Origin: Nemertoderma westbladi
Taxonomy: Eukaryota > Animalia > Xenacoelomorpha
Assembly (NCBI GenBank): GCA_032718475.1
Contig: JAUCBJ010006492.1
Coordinates: forward strand, 1 to 33,638
Length of the DNA: 33,638 nucleotides
Reading direction: 5' to 3'
Shown: positions 1-11,404 of the stretch, one piece after another
Layout of the letters: every line of letters begins with the position of its first letter
Position numbering within the stretch: the stretch's first letter is position 1
Position numbers and translations under genes: made by a program
Notes under the pieces: generated by a model
The model's input: the letters and a program-made list of their open reading frames with translations, nothing else
Databases searched by the model: none
Told to the model about the DNA's origin: nothing

Positions 1-3000
1 AATGGGAGGAACCCGACTTTATTACCCTAATGGGAGGAACCCGACTTTATTACCGTAGTGGGAGGAACCCGATTTTATTTCCATGTGGGACGAACCCGAC
101 TTTATTACCCTAGTGGGAGGAACCCGACTTTATTACCCTAGAGGGAGGAACCCGACTTTATTAACCTAGAGGGAGGAACCCGACTTTATTAACCTAGTGG
201 GAGGAACCCGACTTTATTACCCTAATGGGAGGAACCCGACTTTATTACCCTAGAGGGAGGAACCCGACTTTATTAACCTAGAGGGAGGAACCCGACTTTA
301 TTAACCTAGTGGGAGGAACCCGACTTTATTACCCTAGAGGGAGGAACCCGATTTTATTACCGTAGTGGGAGGAACCCGACTTTATTACCCTAGAGGGAGG
401 AACCCGACTTTATTAACCTAGAGGGAGGAACCCGACTTTATTAACCTAGTGGGAGGAACCCGACTTTATTACCCTAATGGGAGGAACCCGACTTTATTAC
501 CCTAGAGGGAGGAACCCGACTTTATTAACCTAGTGGGAGGAACCCGACTTTATTACCCTAATGGGAGGAACCCGACTTTATTACCCTAGAGGGAGGAACC
601 CGACTTTATTAACCTAGAGGGAGGAACCCGACTTTATTAACCTAGTGGGAGGAACCCGACTTTATTACCCTAGAGGGAGGAACCCGATTTTATTACCCTA
701 GTGGGAGGAACCCGACTTTATTACCCTAGAGGGAGGAACCCGACTTTATTAACCTAGAGGGAGGAACCCGACTTTATTAACCTAGTGGGAGGAACCCGAC
801 TTTATTACCCTAATGGGAGGAACCCGACTTTATTACCCTAGAGGGAGGAACCCGACTTTATTAACCTAGAGGGAGGAACCCGACTTTATTAACCTAGTGG
901 GAGGAACCCGACTTTATTACCGTAGTGGGAGGAACCCGACTTTATTACCCTAGTGGGAGGAACCCGACTTTATTACCCTAGAGGGAGGAACCCGACTTTA
1001 TTAACCTAGAGGGAGGAACCCGACTTTATTAACCTAGTGGGAGGAACCCGACTTTATTACCCTAGAGGGAGGAACCCGACTTTATTACCGTAGTGGGAGG
1101 AACCCGATTTTATTTCCATGTGGGACGAACCCGACTTTATTACCCTAATGGGAGGAACCCGACTTTATTACCCTAGTGGGAGGAACTCGAGTTTATTACC
1201 CTAGTGGGAGGAACCCGACTTTATTACCCTAGAGGGAGGAACCCGACTTTATTACCGTAGTGGGAGGAACCCGATTTTATTTCCATGTGGGACGAACCCG
1301 ACTTTATTACCCTAATGGGAGGAACCCGACTTTATTAACCTAATGGGAGGAACCCGATTTTATTACCCTAGTGGGAGGAACCCGACTTTATTACCCTAGA
1401 GGGAGGAACCCGACTTTATTACCGTAGTGGGAGGAACCCGATTTTATTTCCATGTGGGACGAACCCGACTTTATTACCCTAATGGGAGGAACCCGACTTT
1501 ATTACCCTAGTGGGAGGAACTCGAGTTTATTACCCTAGTGAGAGGAATCCGAATTTATTACCCTACTGGAGGAACCCGACTTTATTACCCTAGTGGGTGG
1601 CACCCGACTTTATTACCCTAGTGGGAGGAACCCGACTTTATTACCCTAGTGGGAGGAACCCGACTTTATTACCCTAGTGGGAGGAACCCGACTTTATTAC
1701 CCTAGAGGGAGGAACCCGACTTTATTAACCTAGAGGGAGGAACCCGACTTTATTAACCTAGTGGGAGGAACCCGACTTTATTACCCTAGTAGGAGGAACC
1801 CGACTTTATTACCCTAGTGGGAGGAACCCGACTTTATTACCCTAGAGGGAGGAACCCGACTTTATTAACCTAGAGGGAGGAACCCGACTTTATTAACCTA
1901 GTGGGAGGAACCCGACTTTATTACCCTAGTAGGAGGAACCCGACTTTATTACCCTAGTGGGAGGAACCCGACTTTATTACCCTAGTGGGAGGAACCCGAC
2001 TTTATTACCCTAGTGGGAGGAACCCGACTTTATTACCCTAGAGGGAGGAACCCGACTTTATTAACCTAGAGGGAGGAACCCGACTTTATTACCCTAATGG
2101 GAGGAACCCGACTTTATTACCCTAGTGGGAGGAACCCGACTTTATTAACCTAGAGGGAGGAACCCGATTTTATTTCCCTAGTGGGAGGAACCCGACTTTA
2201 TTACCCTAGTGGGAGGAACCCGACTTTATTACCGTAGTGGGAGGAACCCGATTTTATTTCCATGTGGGACGAACCCGACTTTATTACCCTAGTGGGAGGA
2301 ACCCGACTTTATTACCCTAGAGGGAGGAACCCGACTTTATTAACCTAGAGGGAGGAACCCGACTTTATTAACCTAGTGGGAGGAACCCGACTTTATTACC
2401 CTAGTGGGAGGAACCCGATTTTATTTCCCTAGTGGGAGGAACCCGACTTTATTACCCTAGTGGGAGGAACCCGACTTTATTACCGTAGTGGGAGGAACCC
2501 GACTTTATTACCCTAGTGGGAGGAACCCGACTTTATTACCCTAGTGGGAGGAACCCAACTTTATTACCCTAGTGGGAGGAACCCGATTTTATTAACCTAG
2601 AGGGAGGAACCCGACTTTATTAACCTAGTGGGAGGAACCCGACTTTATTACCCTAGTGGGAGGAACCCGACTTTATTAACCTAGTGGGAGGAACCCGACT
2701 TTATTAACCTAGAGGGAGGAACCCGACTTTATTAACCTAGTGGGAGGAACCCGACTTTATTACCCTAGTGGGAGGAACCCGACTTTATTAACCTAGTGGG
2801 AGGAACCCGACTTTATTAACCTAGAGGGAGGAACCCGACTTTATTAACCTAGTGGGAGGAACCCGACTTTATTACCATAGTGGGAGGAACCCGATTTTAT
2901 TTCCATGTGGGACGAACCCGACTTTATTACCGTAGTGGGAGGAACCCGACTTTATTACCCTAGTGGGAGGAACCCGACTTTATTACCGTAGTGGGAGGAA

Positions 3001-6000
3001 CCCGACTTTATTACCCTAGTGGGAGGAACCCGACTTTATTACCGTAGTGGGAGGAACCCGATTTTATTTCCATGTGGGACGAACCCGACTTTATTACCCT
3101 AGTGGGAGGAACCCGACTTTATTACCCTAGAGGGAGGAACCCGACTTTATTAACCTAGAGGGAGGAACCCGACTTTATTAACCTAGAGGGAGGAACCCGA
3201 CTTTATTAACCTAGTGGGAGGAACCCGACTTTATTACCCTAGTGGGAGGAACCCGACTTTATTAACCTAGTGGGAGGAACCCGACTTTATTAACCTAGAG
3301 GGAGGAACCCGACTTTATTAACCTAGTGGGAGGAACCCGACTTTATTACCCTAGTGGGAGGAACCCGACTTTATTAACCTAGTGGGAGGAACCCGACTTT
3401 ATTACCCTAGTGGGAGGAACCCGACTTTATTAACCTAGTGGGAGGAACCCGACTTTATTACCCTAGTGGGAGGAACCCGACTTTATTACCCTAGTGGGAG
3501 GAACCCGACTTTATTAACCTAGTGGGAGGAACCCGACTTTATTACCCTAGTGGGAGGAACCCTACTTTATTACCCTAGTGGGAGGAACCCTACTTTATTA
3601 CCCTAGTGGGAGGAACCCGACTTTATTACCCTAGTGGGAGGAACCCGATTTTATTTCCCTAGTGGGAGGAACCCGACTTTATTACCCTAGTGGGAGGAAC
3701 CCGACTTTATTACCGTAGTGGGAGGAACCCGACTTTATTACCCTAGTGGGAGGAACCCGACTTTATTACCGTAGTGGGAGGAACCCGATTTTATTTCCAT
3801 GTGGGACGAACCCGACTTTATTACCGTAGTGGGAGGAACCCGACTTTATTACCCTAGTGGGAGGAACCCGACTTTATTACCGTAGTGGGAGGAACCCGAT
3901 TTTATTTCCATGTGGGACGAACCCGACTTTATTACCCTAATGGGAGGAACCCGACTTTATTACCCTAGAGGGAGGAACCCGACTTTATTAACCTAGAGGG
4001 AGGAACCCGACTTTATTAACCTAGTGGGAGGAACCCGACTTTATTACCCTAGTGGGAGGAACCCGATTTTATTTCCATGTGGGACGAACCCGACTTTATT
4101 ACCCTAGTGGGAGGAACCCGACTTTATTAACCTAGAGGGAGGAACCCGACTTTATTACCCTAGTGGGAGGAACCCGACTTTATTACCGTAGTGGGAGGAA
4201 CCCGATTTTATTTCCATGTGGGACGAACCCGACTTTATTACCCTAGTGGGAGGAACCCGACTTTATTACCCTAGAGGGAGGAACCCGACTTTATTAACCT
4301 AGAGGGAGGAACCCGACTTTATTACCCTAGTGGGAGGAACCCGACTTTATTAACCTAGAGGGAGGAACCCGACTTTATTACCCTAGTGGGAGGAACCCGA
4401 TTTTATTTCCCTAGTGGGAGGAACCCGACTTTATTACCCTAATGGGAGGAACCCGACTTTATTACCCTAGTGGGAGGAACCCGACTTTATTACCGTAGTG
4501 GGAGGAACCCGACTTTATTACCGTAGTGGGAGGAACCCGATTTTATTTCCATGTGGGACGAACCCGACTTTATTACCCTAGTGGGAGGAACCCGACTTTA
4601 TTACCCTAGAGGGAGGAACCCGACTTTATTAACCTAGAGGGAGGAACCCGACTTTATTAACCTAGTGGGAGGAACCCGACTTTATTACCCTAATGGGAGG
4701 AACCCGACTTTATTACCCTAGTGGGAGGAACCCGACTTTATTACCGTAGTGGGAGGAACCCGATTTTATTTCCATGTGGGACGAACCCGACTTTATTACC
4801 CTAGTGGGAGGAACCCGACTTTATTACCCTAGAGGGAGGAACCCGACTTTATTAACCTAGAGGGAGGAACCCGACTTTATTAACCTAGTGGGAGGAACCC
4901 GACTTTATTAACCTAGTGGGAGGAACCCGACTTTATTACCCTACTGGAGGAACCCGACTTTATTACCCTAGTGGGAGGAACCCGACTTTATTACCCTAGT
5001 GGGAGGAACCCGAATTTATTACCCTAGAGGGAGGAACCCGACTTTATTAACCTAGAGGGAGGAACCCGACTTTATTAACCTAGTGGGAGGAACCCGACTT
5101 TATTAACCTAGAGGGAGGAACCCGACTTTATTAACCTAGTGGGAGGAACCCGACTTTATTACCCTAATGGGAGGAACCCGACTTTATTACCCTAATGGGA
5201 GGAACCCGACTTTATTACCGTAGTGGGAGGAACCCGATTTTATTTCCATGTGGGACGAACCCGACTTTATTACCCTAGAGGGAGGAACCCGAGTTTATTA
5301 CCCTAGTGGGAGGAACCCGACTTTATTACCCTAGTGGGAGGAACCCGACTTTATTACCCTAGAGGGAGGAACCCGACTTTATTACCCTAATGGGAGGAAC
5401 CCGACTTTATTACCGTAGTGGGAGGAACCCGATTTTATTTCCATGTGGGACGAACCCGACTTTATTACCCTAGAGGGAGGAACCCGACTTTATTAACCTA
5501 GTGGGAGGAACCCGACTTTATTAACCTAGTGGGAGGAACCCGACTTTATTACCCTACTGGAGGAACCCGACTTTATTACCCTAGTGGGAGGAACCCGACT
5601 TTATTACCCTAGTGGGAGGAACCCGAATTTATTACCCTAGAGGGAGGAACCCGACTTTATTAACCTAGAGGGAGGAACCCGACTTTATTAACCTAGTGGG
5701 AGGAACCCGACTTTATTACCCTAATGGGAGGAACCCGACTTTATTACCGTAGTGGGAGGAACCCGATTTTATTTCCATGTGGGACGAACCCGACTTTATT
5801 ACCCTAGTGGGAGGAACCCGAATTTATTACCCTAGAGGGAGGAACCCGACTTTATTAACCTAGAGGGAGGAACCCGACTTTATTAACCTAGTGGGAGGAA
5901 CCCGACTTTATTACCCTAATGGGAGGAACCCGACTTTATTACCGTAGTGGGAGGAACCCGATTTTATTTCCATGTGGGACGAACCCGACTTTATTACCCT

Positions 6001-7982
6001 AGTGGGAGGAACCCGACTTTATTACCCTAGAGGGAGGAACCCGACTTTATTAACCTAGTGGGAGGAACCCGACTTTATTACCCTAATGGGAGGAACCCGA
6101 CTTTATTACCCTAATGGGAGGAACCCGACTTTATTACCCTACTGGAGGAACCCGACTTTATTACCCTAGTGGGAGGAACCCGACTTTATTACCCTAGTGG
6201 GAGGAACCCGAATTTATTACCCTAGAGGGAGGAACCCGACTTTATTAACCTAGAGGGAGGAACCCGACTTTATTAACCTAGTGGGAGGAACCCGACTTTA
6301 TTACCCTAATGGGAGGAACCCGACTTTATTACCGTAGTGGGAGGAACCCGATTTTATTTCCATGTGGGACGAACCCGACTTTATTACCCTAGAGGGAGGA
6401 ACCCGACTTTATTAACCTAGAGGGAGGAACCCGACTTTATTAACCTAGTGGGAGGAACCCGACTTTATTAACCTAGTGGGAGGAACCCGACTTTATTACC
6501 CTACTGGAGGAACCCGACTTTATTACCCTAGTGGGAGGAACCCGACTTTATTACCCTAGTGGGAGGAACCCGAATTTATTACCCTAGAGGGAGGAACCCG
6601 ACTTTATTAACCTAGAGGGAGGAACCCGACTTTATTAACCTAGTGGGAGGAACCCGACTTTATTACCCTAATGGGAGGAACCCGACTTTATTACCGTAGT
6701 GGGAGGAACCCGATTTTATTTCCATGTGGGACGAACCCGACTTTATTACCCTAGTGGGAGGAACCCGACTTTATTACCCTAGAGGGAGGAACCCGACTTT
6801 ATTAACCTAGAGGGAGGAACCCGACTTTATTACCGTAGTGGGAGGAACCCGATTTTATTACCCTAATGGGAGGAACCCGACTTTATTACCCTAGTGGGAG
6901 GAACTCGAGTTTATTACCCTAGTGAGAGGAATCCGAATTTATTACCCTACTGGAGGAACCCGACTTTATTACCCTAGTGGGTGGCACCCGACTTTATTAC
7001 CCTAGTGGGAGGAACCCGACTTTATTACCCTAGTGGGAGGAACCCGACTTTATTACCCTAGTGGGAGGAACCCGACTTTATTACCCTAGTGGGAGGAACC
7101 CGACTTTATTACCCTAGTGGGAGGAACCCGAATTTATTACCCTACTGGAGGAACCCGACTTTATTACCCTAGTGGGAGGAACCCGAATTTATTACCCTAC
7201 TGGAGGAACCCGACTTTATTACCCTAGTGGGAGGAACCCGACTTTATTACCCTAGTGGGGGGAACCCGATTTTATTTACCTAGTGGGAGGAACTCAACTT
7301 TATTACCCTAGTGGGAGGAACCCGACTTTATTGCCCTCGACTTTATTACCCTAGTGGGAAGAACCCGATTTTATTTACCTAGCGGGAGGAACCCGACTTT
7401 ATTACCCTAGTGGGAGGAACCCGACTTTATTACCCTAGTGGGAGGAACCCGACTTTATTACCCTAGTGGGTGGCACCCGACTTTATTACCCTAGTGGGAG
7501 GAACCCGACTTTATTACCCTAGTGGGAGGAACCCGACTTTATTACCCTAGTGGGTGGCACCCGACTTTATTACCCTAGTGGGAGGAGCCCGACTTTATTA
7601 CCCTAGTGGGAGGAACCCGACTTTATTACCCTAGTGGGAGGAACCCGACTTTATTACCCTAGTGGGTGGCACCCGACTTTATTACCCTAGTGGGTGGCAC
7701 CCGACTTTATTACCCTAGTGGGCGGCACCCGACTTTATTACCCTAGTGGGAGGAACCCGACTTTATTACCCTAGTGGGAGGAACCCGACTTTATTACCCT
7801 AATGGGAGGAACCCGACTTTATTACCGTAGTGGGAGGAACCCGATTTTATTAACCTAGAGGGAGGAACCCGACTTTATTACCCTAGTGGGAGAAACCCGA
7901 CTTTATTACCCTAGTGGGAGGAACCCGATTTTATTTACCTAGTGGGAGGAACTCGACTTTATTACCCTAGTGGGTGGCACCC
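1..7982. repeat. 28-bp tandem satellite, ~285 monomers, open at the window start
   Basis: Consensus GGGAGGAACCCGACTTTATTACCCTAGT repeats head-to-tail with period 28 (e.g. positions 1 and 29), with some 27-bp variants. Similarity ends at GGGTGGCACCC ~7982. Confidence 0.99.
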
Positions 7983-8558
7983 CTTCCCTTTCTGCCACCT
8001 CGTACATGTACTGGATCTGCGCAGGCGGGTACGGAATGCCACCGACTCGCTCCACCAGTCCCCCGTGCTGCCGCGCCTTATCGCCGGGTACGAGAACGGC
8101 GCCCGGCTGCCCGGGCCCCGGCTCGGACGCCCGGAGCTGCCCCAACAACTCGGACACGCGACCCTCGAACCCGGGGGCGAATGCACCCGGATCAACCGCG
8201 ATGAAACACTGCCCGAGATTCGCCTCCGAGGTTTTATCCACCCAATTTCGAATCGCAGGGCCGTACGCCGCCCCCGACATGACGCCACATAAGATCTCCA
8301 CGACCAACCCCAAGCCGTACCCTTTGTACCCCCCGGTGGCTTCAGTTCCCCCCAGGGGGGACAGCCCCCCATGGTGCATCGCCGCTCCCGGATTAGCGGT
8401 GGACGCTCCCGCACCGTCGACACCCCATCCGTGCGGTATAGTTTCGCCCTTTCTCTCGGCTAGCTCCAGTTTACCCAAAGCGACGCTCGTTGTTGCCATG
8501 TCCAGCACGAATCCGTCGTTTCCGATTCCCGGTGCCGCAACAGTCAACGGATTCGTTC
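7939..8558 (-). CDS. Ldh_2-family (type-2 malate/L-lactate dehydrogenase-like) oxidoreductase, exon 2 (terminal)
   Basis: Acceptor tttcag|GA ACG AAT CCG restores GTNP. Motifs GTNPL, LDMATT, GWGVD, GGYKGYGL, GQCFIAVDP, VLVPGD. TAG stop at 7941-7939. Confidence 0.93.
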
Positions 8559-8746
8559 CTGAAACATAATTCGGTATATAAAACAACATTTGTCTTCAGA
8601 TAACTTGAAGAAACTGGTCTATTATTTAATAATCTCACGCATAGACCAAAATAACTGCCTCCTTTACAATATACCGGCTGTGTCCTTAAACAGATTATAA
8701 CTAGTACTAAGTAGTTGCGCCCGCCGCATATCTGATCAACCTGTAC

Positions 8747-9054
8747 GTTCTCACATATCGCCAACTCTACGAGCTCTTTATTTGCTGCCTGTCACCTTCC
8801 GCATTGAGTACAAGATCGCTTTCATGATATCGAAAGCCCTCAATGGTCTCGCTCATTCGTACATTTTAGAACTGCTGAACCCTTTCAACCAGACAAGAGA
8901 AAACAACAACTGTATACACTATCGGTCCCACGAAATAACTTAGTGTCAATCGGTTCTCGCTCATTCAAATCTCGCGTATTTAACAGCCCCCCACTCAGTT
9001 AAAAGACTTGCTCAAATTTGGACTCATTCAAATGACGCTGCAAAGTGAAATATA
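8747..9054 (+). mobile_element. Decayed 3' fragment of an L2/CR1-group LINE in the dehydrogenase intron
   Basis: Manual translation RSHISPTLRALYLLPVTFRIEYKIAFMISKALNGLAHSYILELL...LSVPRNNLVSIGSRSF...FNSPP...SFK matches the L2 ORF2 C-terminal pattern (HITP.L..LHWLPV..RI.YK...LNGLAP.Y...VPR...G.RSF...WNSLP). Frameshifted. Confidence 0.8.
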
Positions 9055-9082
9055 ACAAACTACAGAAGTTACATTAACATAC

Positions 9083-9668
9083 CGAGTAGTCGCTCCTTCG
9101 CGCGGGTTGGAACCATAAAAGGGGAAGTGTTTGTAAAGGACATCCCCAATAGGCCTTCCCGCATAGCCATCATACTGTAATGACCAGCTATGCCGTAATG
9201 GTTGGAACCCTTGGCGCAGACCCATCCAACCCCGCAGTCCTTCGCCTTAGCAACCGCCAACCCCATACAGAAGCCGCCAACCACCGGCCCCAGCACATTA
9301 ACCCCATCTACCCAGGCTGTTGCCGCAGTCTCTTTTAGCACCACCGGTTCTCCAGATTTCGCGTTTGTCCCCGACTTGATATCGTCTATGTACATCGTCA
9401 GTCTGTTCAACCCGTGACTGTAATGACCTCTCATATCCGCGTCTATTAACACGTTTGCTAGCGCCGTAGCGTGTGCCGCCTTAGTTCCACAGCCGTCCAT
9501 GCATCTCTCGATAAATTCCTTAAGGTCTTCCACTGGTATGACATCCATTATTCTGGTATTTACTGCAGTGTTCGAATAATTCGTTTTATTTACTTTAAAA
9601 TATACTCTGTTATTCGCATGTGAATTATAAATTCCCCTGAAAATATTTAAAAGACGTTGGTTTAACAT
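9083..9668 (-). CDS. Ldh_2-family oxidoreductase, exon 1 (spliced product ~401 aa if the ATG at 9668 is used)
   Basis: Motifs DADMRGHYSHG, DGVNVLG, SNHYGIAGHY, SFTNTSP. Phase-1 donor G|gtatgt at 9083/9082; 524-bp GT-AG intron 8559-9082. Start uncertain: the M of MDVIP is an alternative. Confidence 0.92.
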
Positions 9669-10500
9669 TCTCTTTTTTAAGTGTGGCTATAAAAATTGAA
9701 TTTAAGTTAATCCTGAACCAATTTTTTTTTTGTATATAATACCGGTAGGGCCTATCCTAAATTGATTTGGCATGTTGCAACAGTTTATTTAAAAATACCG
9801 CTCATTTTGACATTTTTAAGTTTAGCCAATTGGCTTTAATATAGTTTTTTTAATCTTCTTTTTATATTTTAAACTTTTATTTTTCGGTTTTATTAATGGG
9901 ATAGTCATGATGTGTTAGCTGTTAGGAATTACAATATTCAGGCGTTTTGGGAAAGGGTGAACTACAGAATGTGACTCTTGAGACATTTGAATGGTTTTAC
10001 TCGGAATATGTTTAATTTCTGTAGTTTATTAGATGTTAACAGAGTATTTTTTGCATACCATTTTATAAATAGTTACTTTATTTTAAAAGAATAATATAAA
10101 ATAGAGAATTATGAACTGAATTTATTTTCTAGAGTATAAATAATTGAGTAATTCTGCTTCCTTTATGTAAAATATATAAATGCAATTTAATTTAGGCAAA
10201 ATAACCAGATGGTGGTGGTGGTGAATTTATAAATAATAATTAGATGCAGTTAGTCAATACATAGAGTAATGCTTGGCCTGGTCGAGTCAGATGGCTTAGA
10301 TTGGTTTACATTGGTATTTATTGTACTGAACAGATAATATTATCTCCCGAGTTTATAGTGTTAACTAAACGTGATTTATTATTTAGCAGACCCCTTCCTT
10401 CCTCACCCCACCCAATATGCTACTAAGCAATATTTACATCTAATAACGGCTTCTTATTCTTATGTTTAACGATAAAGTAAAAGTGCTCTGCCCTTTTCAG

Positions 10501-10672
10501 ATAGCAATTCAACGAAAAGAGCTGGAAGAGGCGAGAGGGAAAATCAATAGAAGCTTTACGGATCTGCGGAAACGGCAGGACGATTTGGTTGGGAGGTTTA
10601 GTGACGTCAGTAAAGAGACGCACGCGCCTGGTGATGACTTAGTGACGTCAGAGAGTAACGCAGACACCCTAG
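10501..10672 (+). CDS. SCLT1: SCLT1-like coiled-coil protein, first visible exon (upstream exons not identified)
   Basis: cttttcag|...CTAG|gttggt, phase 0 in and 1 out. IAIQRKELEEARGKINRSF...ADTL joins in frame to the next exon. Confidence 0.72.
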
Positions 10673-10885
10673 GTTGGTCTCTCTAGTTAATCTACCATTA
10701 GCAAATTAAACTATCGGTACTATCGATGACAATATTGATTTATGTGTCGGTGGGGTACATGTAACTGAAACATGTGATATTGACTTTCGATTATTGTTTT
10801 TGGTTAGAATACCATGTCACAATAATCTGCTCTTTTCCCTTAGTCTGTAAGTATAACTCTCTTTTCCGATTGTAATACTTTTCTC

Positions 10886-11380
10886 TCACAGCTGCACGTT
10901 AACTTTCGTTTGTTGGTTTGGTTCTCCGATCGCTGCCTCTGTATCCTGCTCCTTTACAAACCTGATCCTTTCTGCTGCGAGATCCAAATGCTCCAGGAAA
11001 CTAGCGCCCCTGGTGACATAACGGAAGAACTTATCGGACACAATCAAACCGACAGCCAAGCCAAAACAATGCAAGGTATTACCGGTACCGAGCCTAACAA
11101 TATTTCGTGACGATATCTGGTTTTGGTTTCTATGATGATATTTAGTGATAAGTTGATTATTTTTCTTGATTTTGTAATTAAATTTAGTGAAAATCTCATT
11201 ATTTTTAATGATTCGAAAAATAATTGCCATATTATCCATATCTCTAGAACGTCTCGTCTCTCTAATATTTCTTGTTCCCTGAAATGGTTTTGCGGGCGAC
11301 GTTTTACTCCAAAGGAGACCGAACTGGAAGAGGGAACTTTTACGCAAATCCGACCAATACAATCGAATAGAGGGTAACAA
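10886..11380 (-). CDS. Possible small nested antisense ORF of unknown function
   Basis: 164-codon open frame (~117 aa from MDNM). The 3' half is GC-richer than the flanking intron and has a short hydrophobic stretch. No family recognised. Confidence 0.3.
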   Translation of the reverse strand: MLPSIRLYWSDLRKSSLFQFGLLWSKTSPAKPFQGTRNIRETRRSRDMDNMAIIFRIIKNNEIFTKFNYKIKKNNQLITKYHHRNQNQISSRNIVRLGTGNTLHCFGLAVGLIVSDKFFRYVTRGASFLEHLDLAAERIRFVKEQDTEAAIGEPNQQTKVNVQL

Positions 11381-11404
11381 GGTGCCCTGAATCGAGTGGC
11401 GGGG

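Noticed and set aside
1-7982. CRISPR array or telomeric repeat
   Set aside because: Monomers are contiguous with no unique spacers, there are no cas genes, the context is spliceosomal, and the unit is not a known telomere repeat.
7942-8569. Plus-strand and alternative-frame ORFs over the dehydrogenase exon
   Set aside because: Shadows of a GC-rich coding exon.
7939-9668. Bacterial contamination or recent horizontal transfer of the Ldh_2 gene
   Set aside because: It has a canonical GT-AG intron containing a LINE relic, and the family is known in invertebrates; only a phylogeny could reopen this.
10269-10313. First coding exon of the SCLT1-like gene (MLGLVESDGLDWFTL|gtattt)
   Set aside because: The phase fits, but the donor is weak and there is no recognisable similarity.
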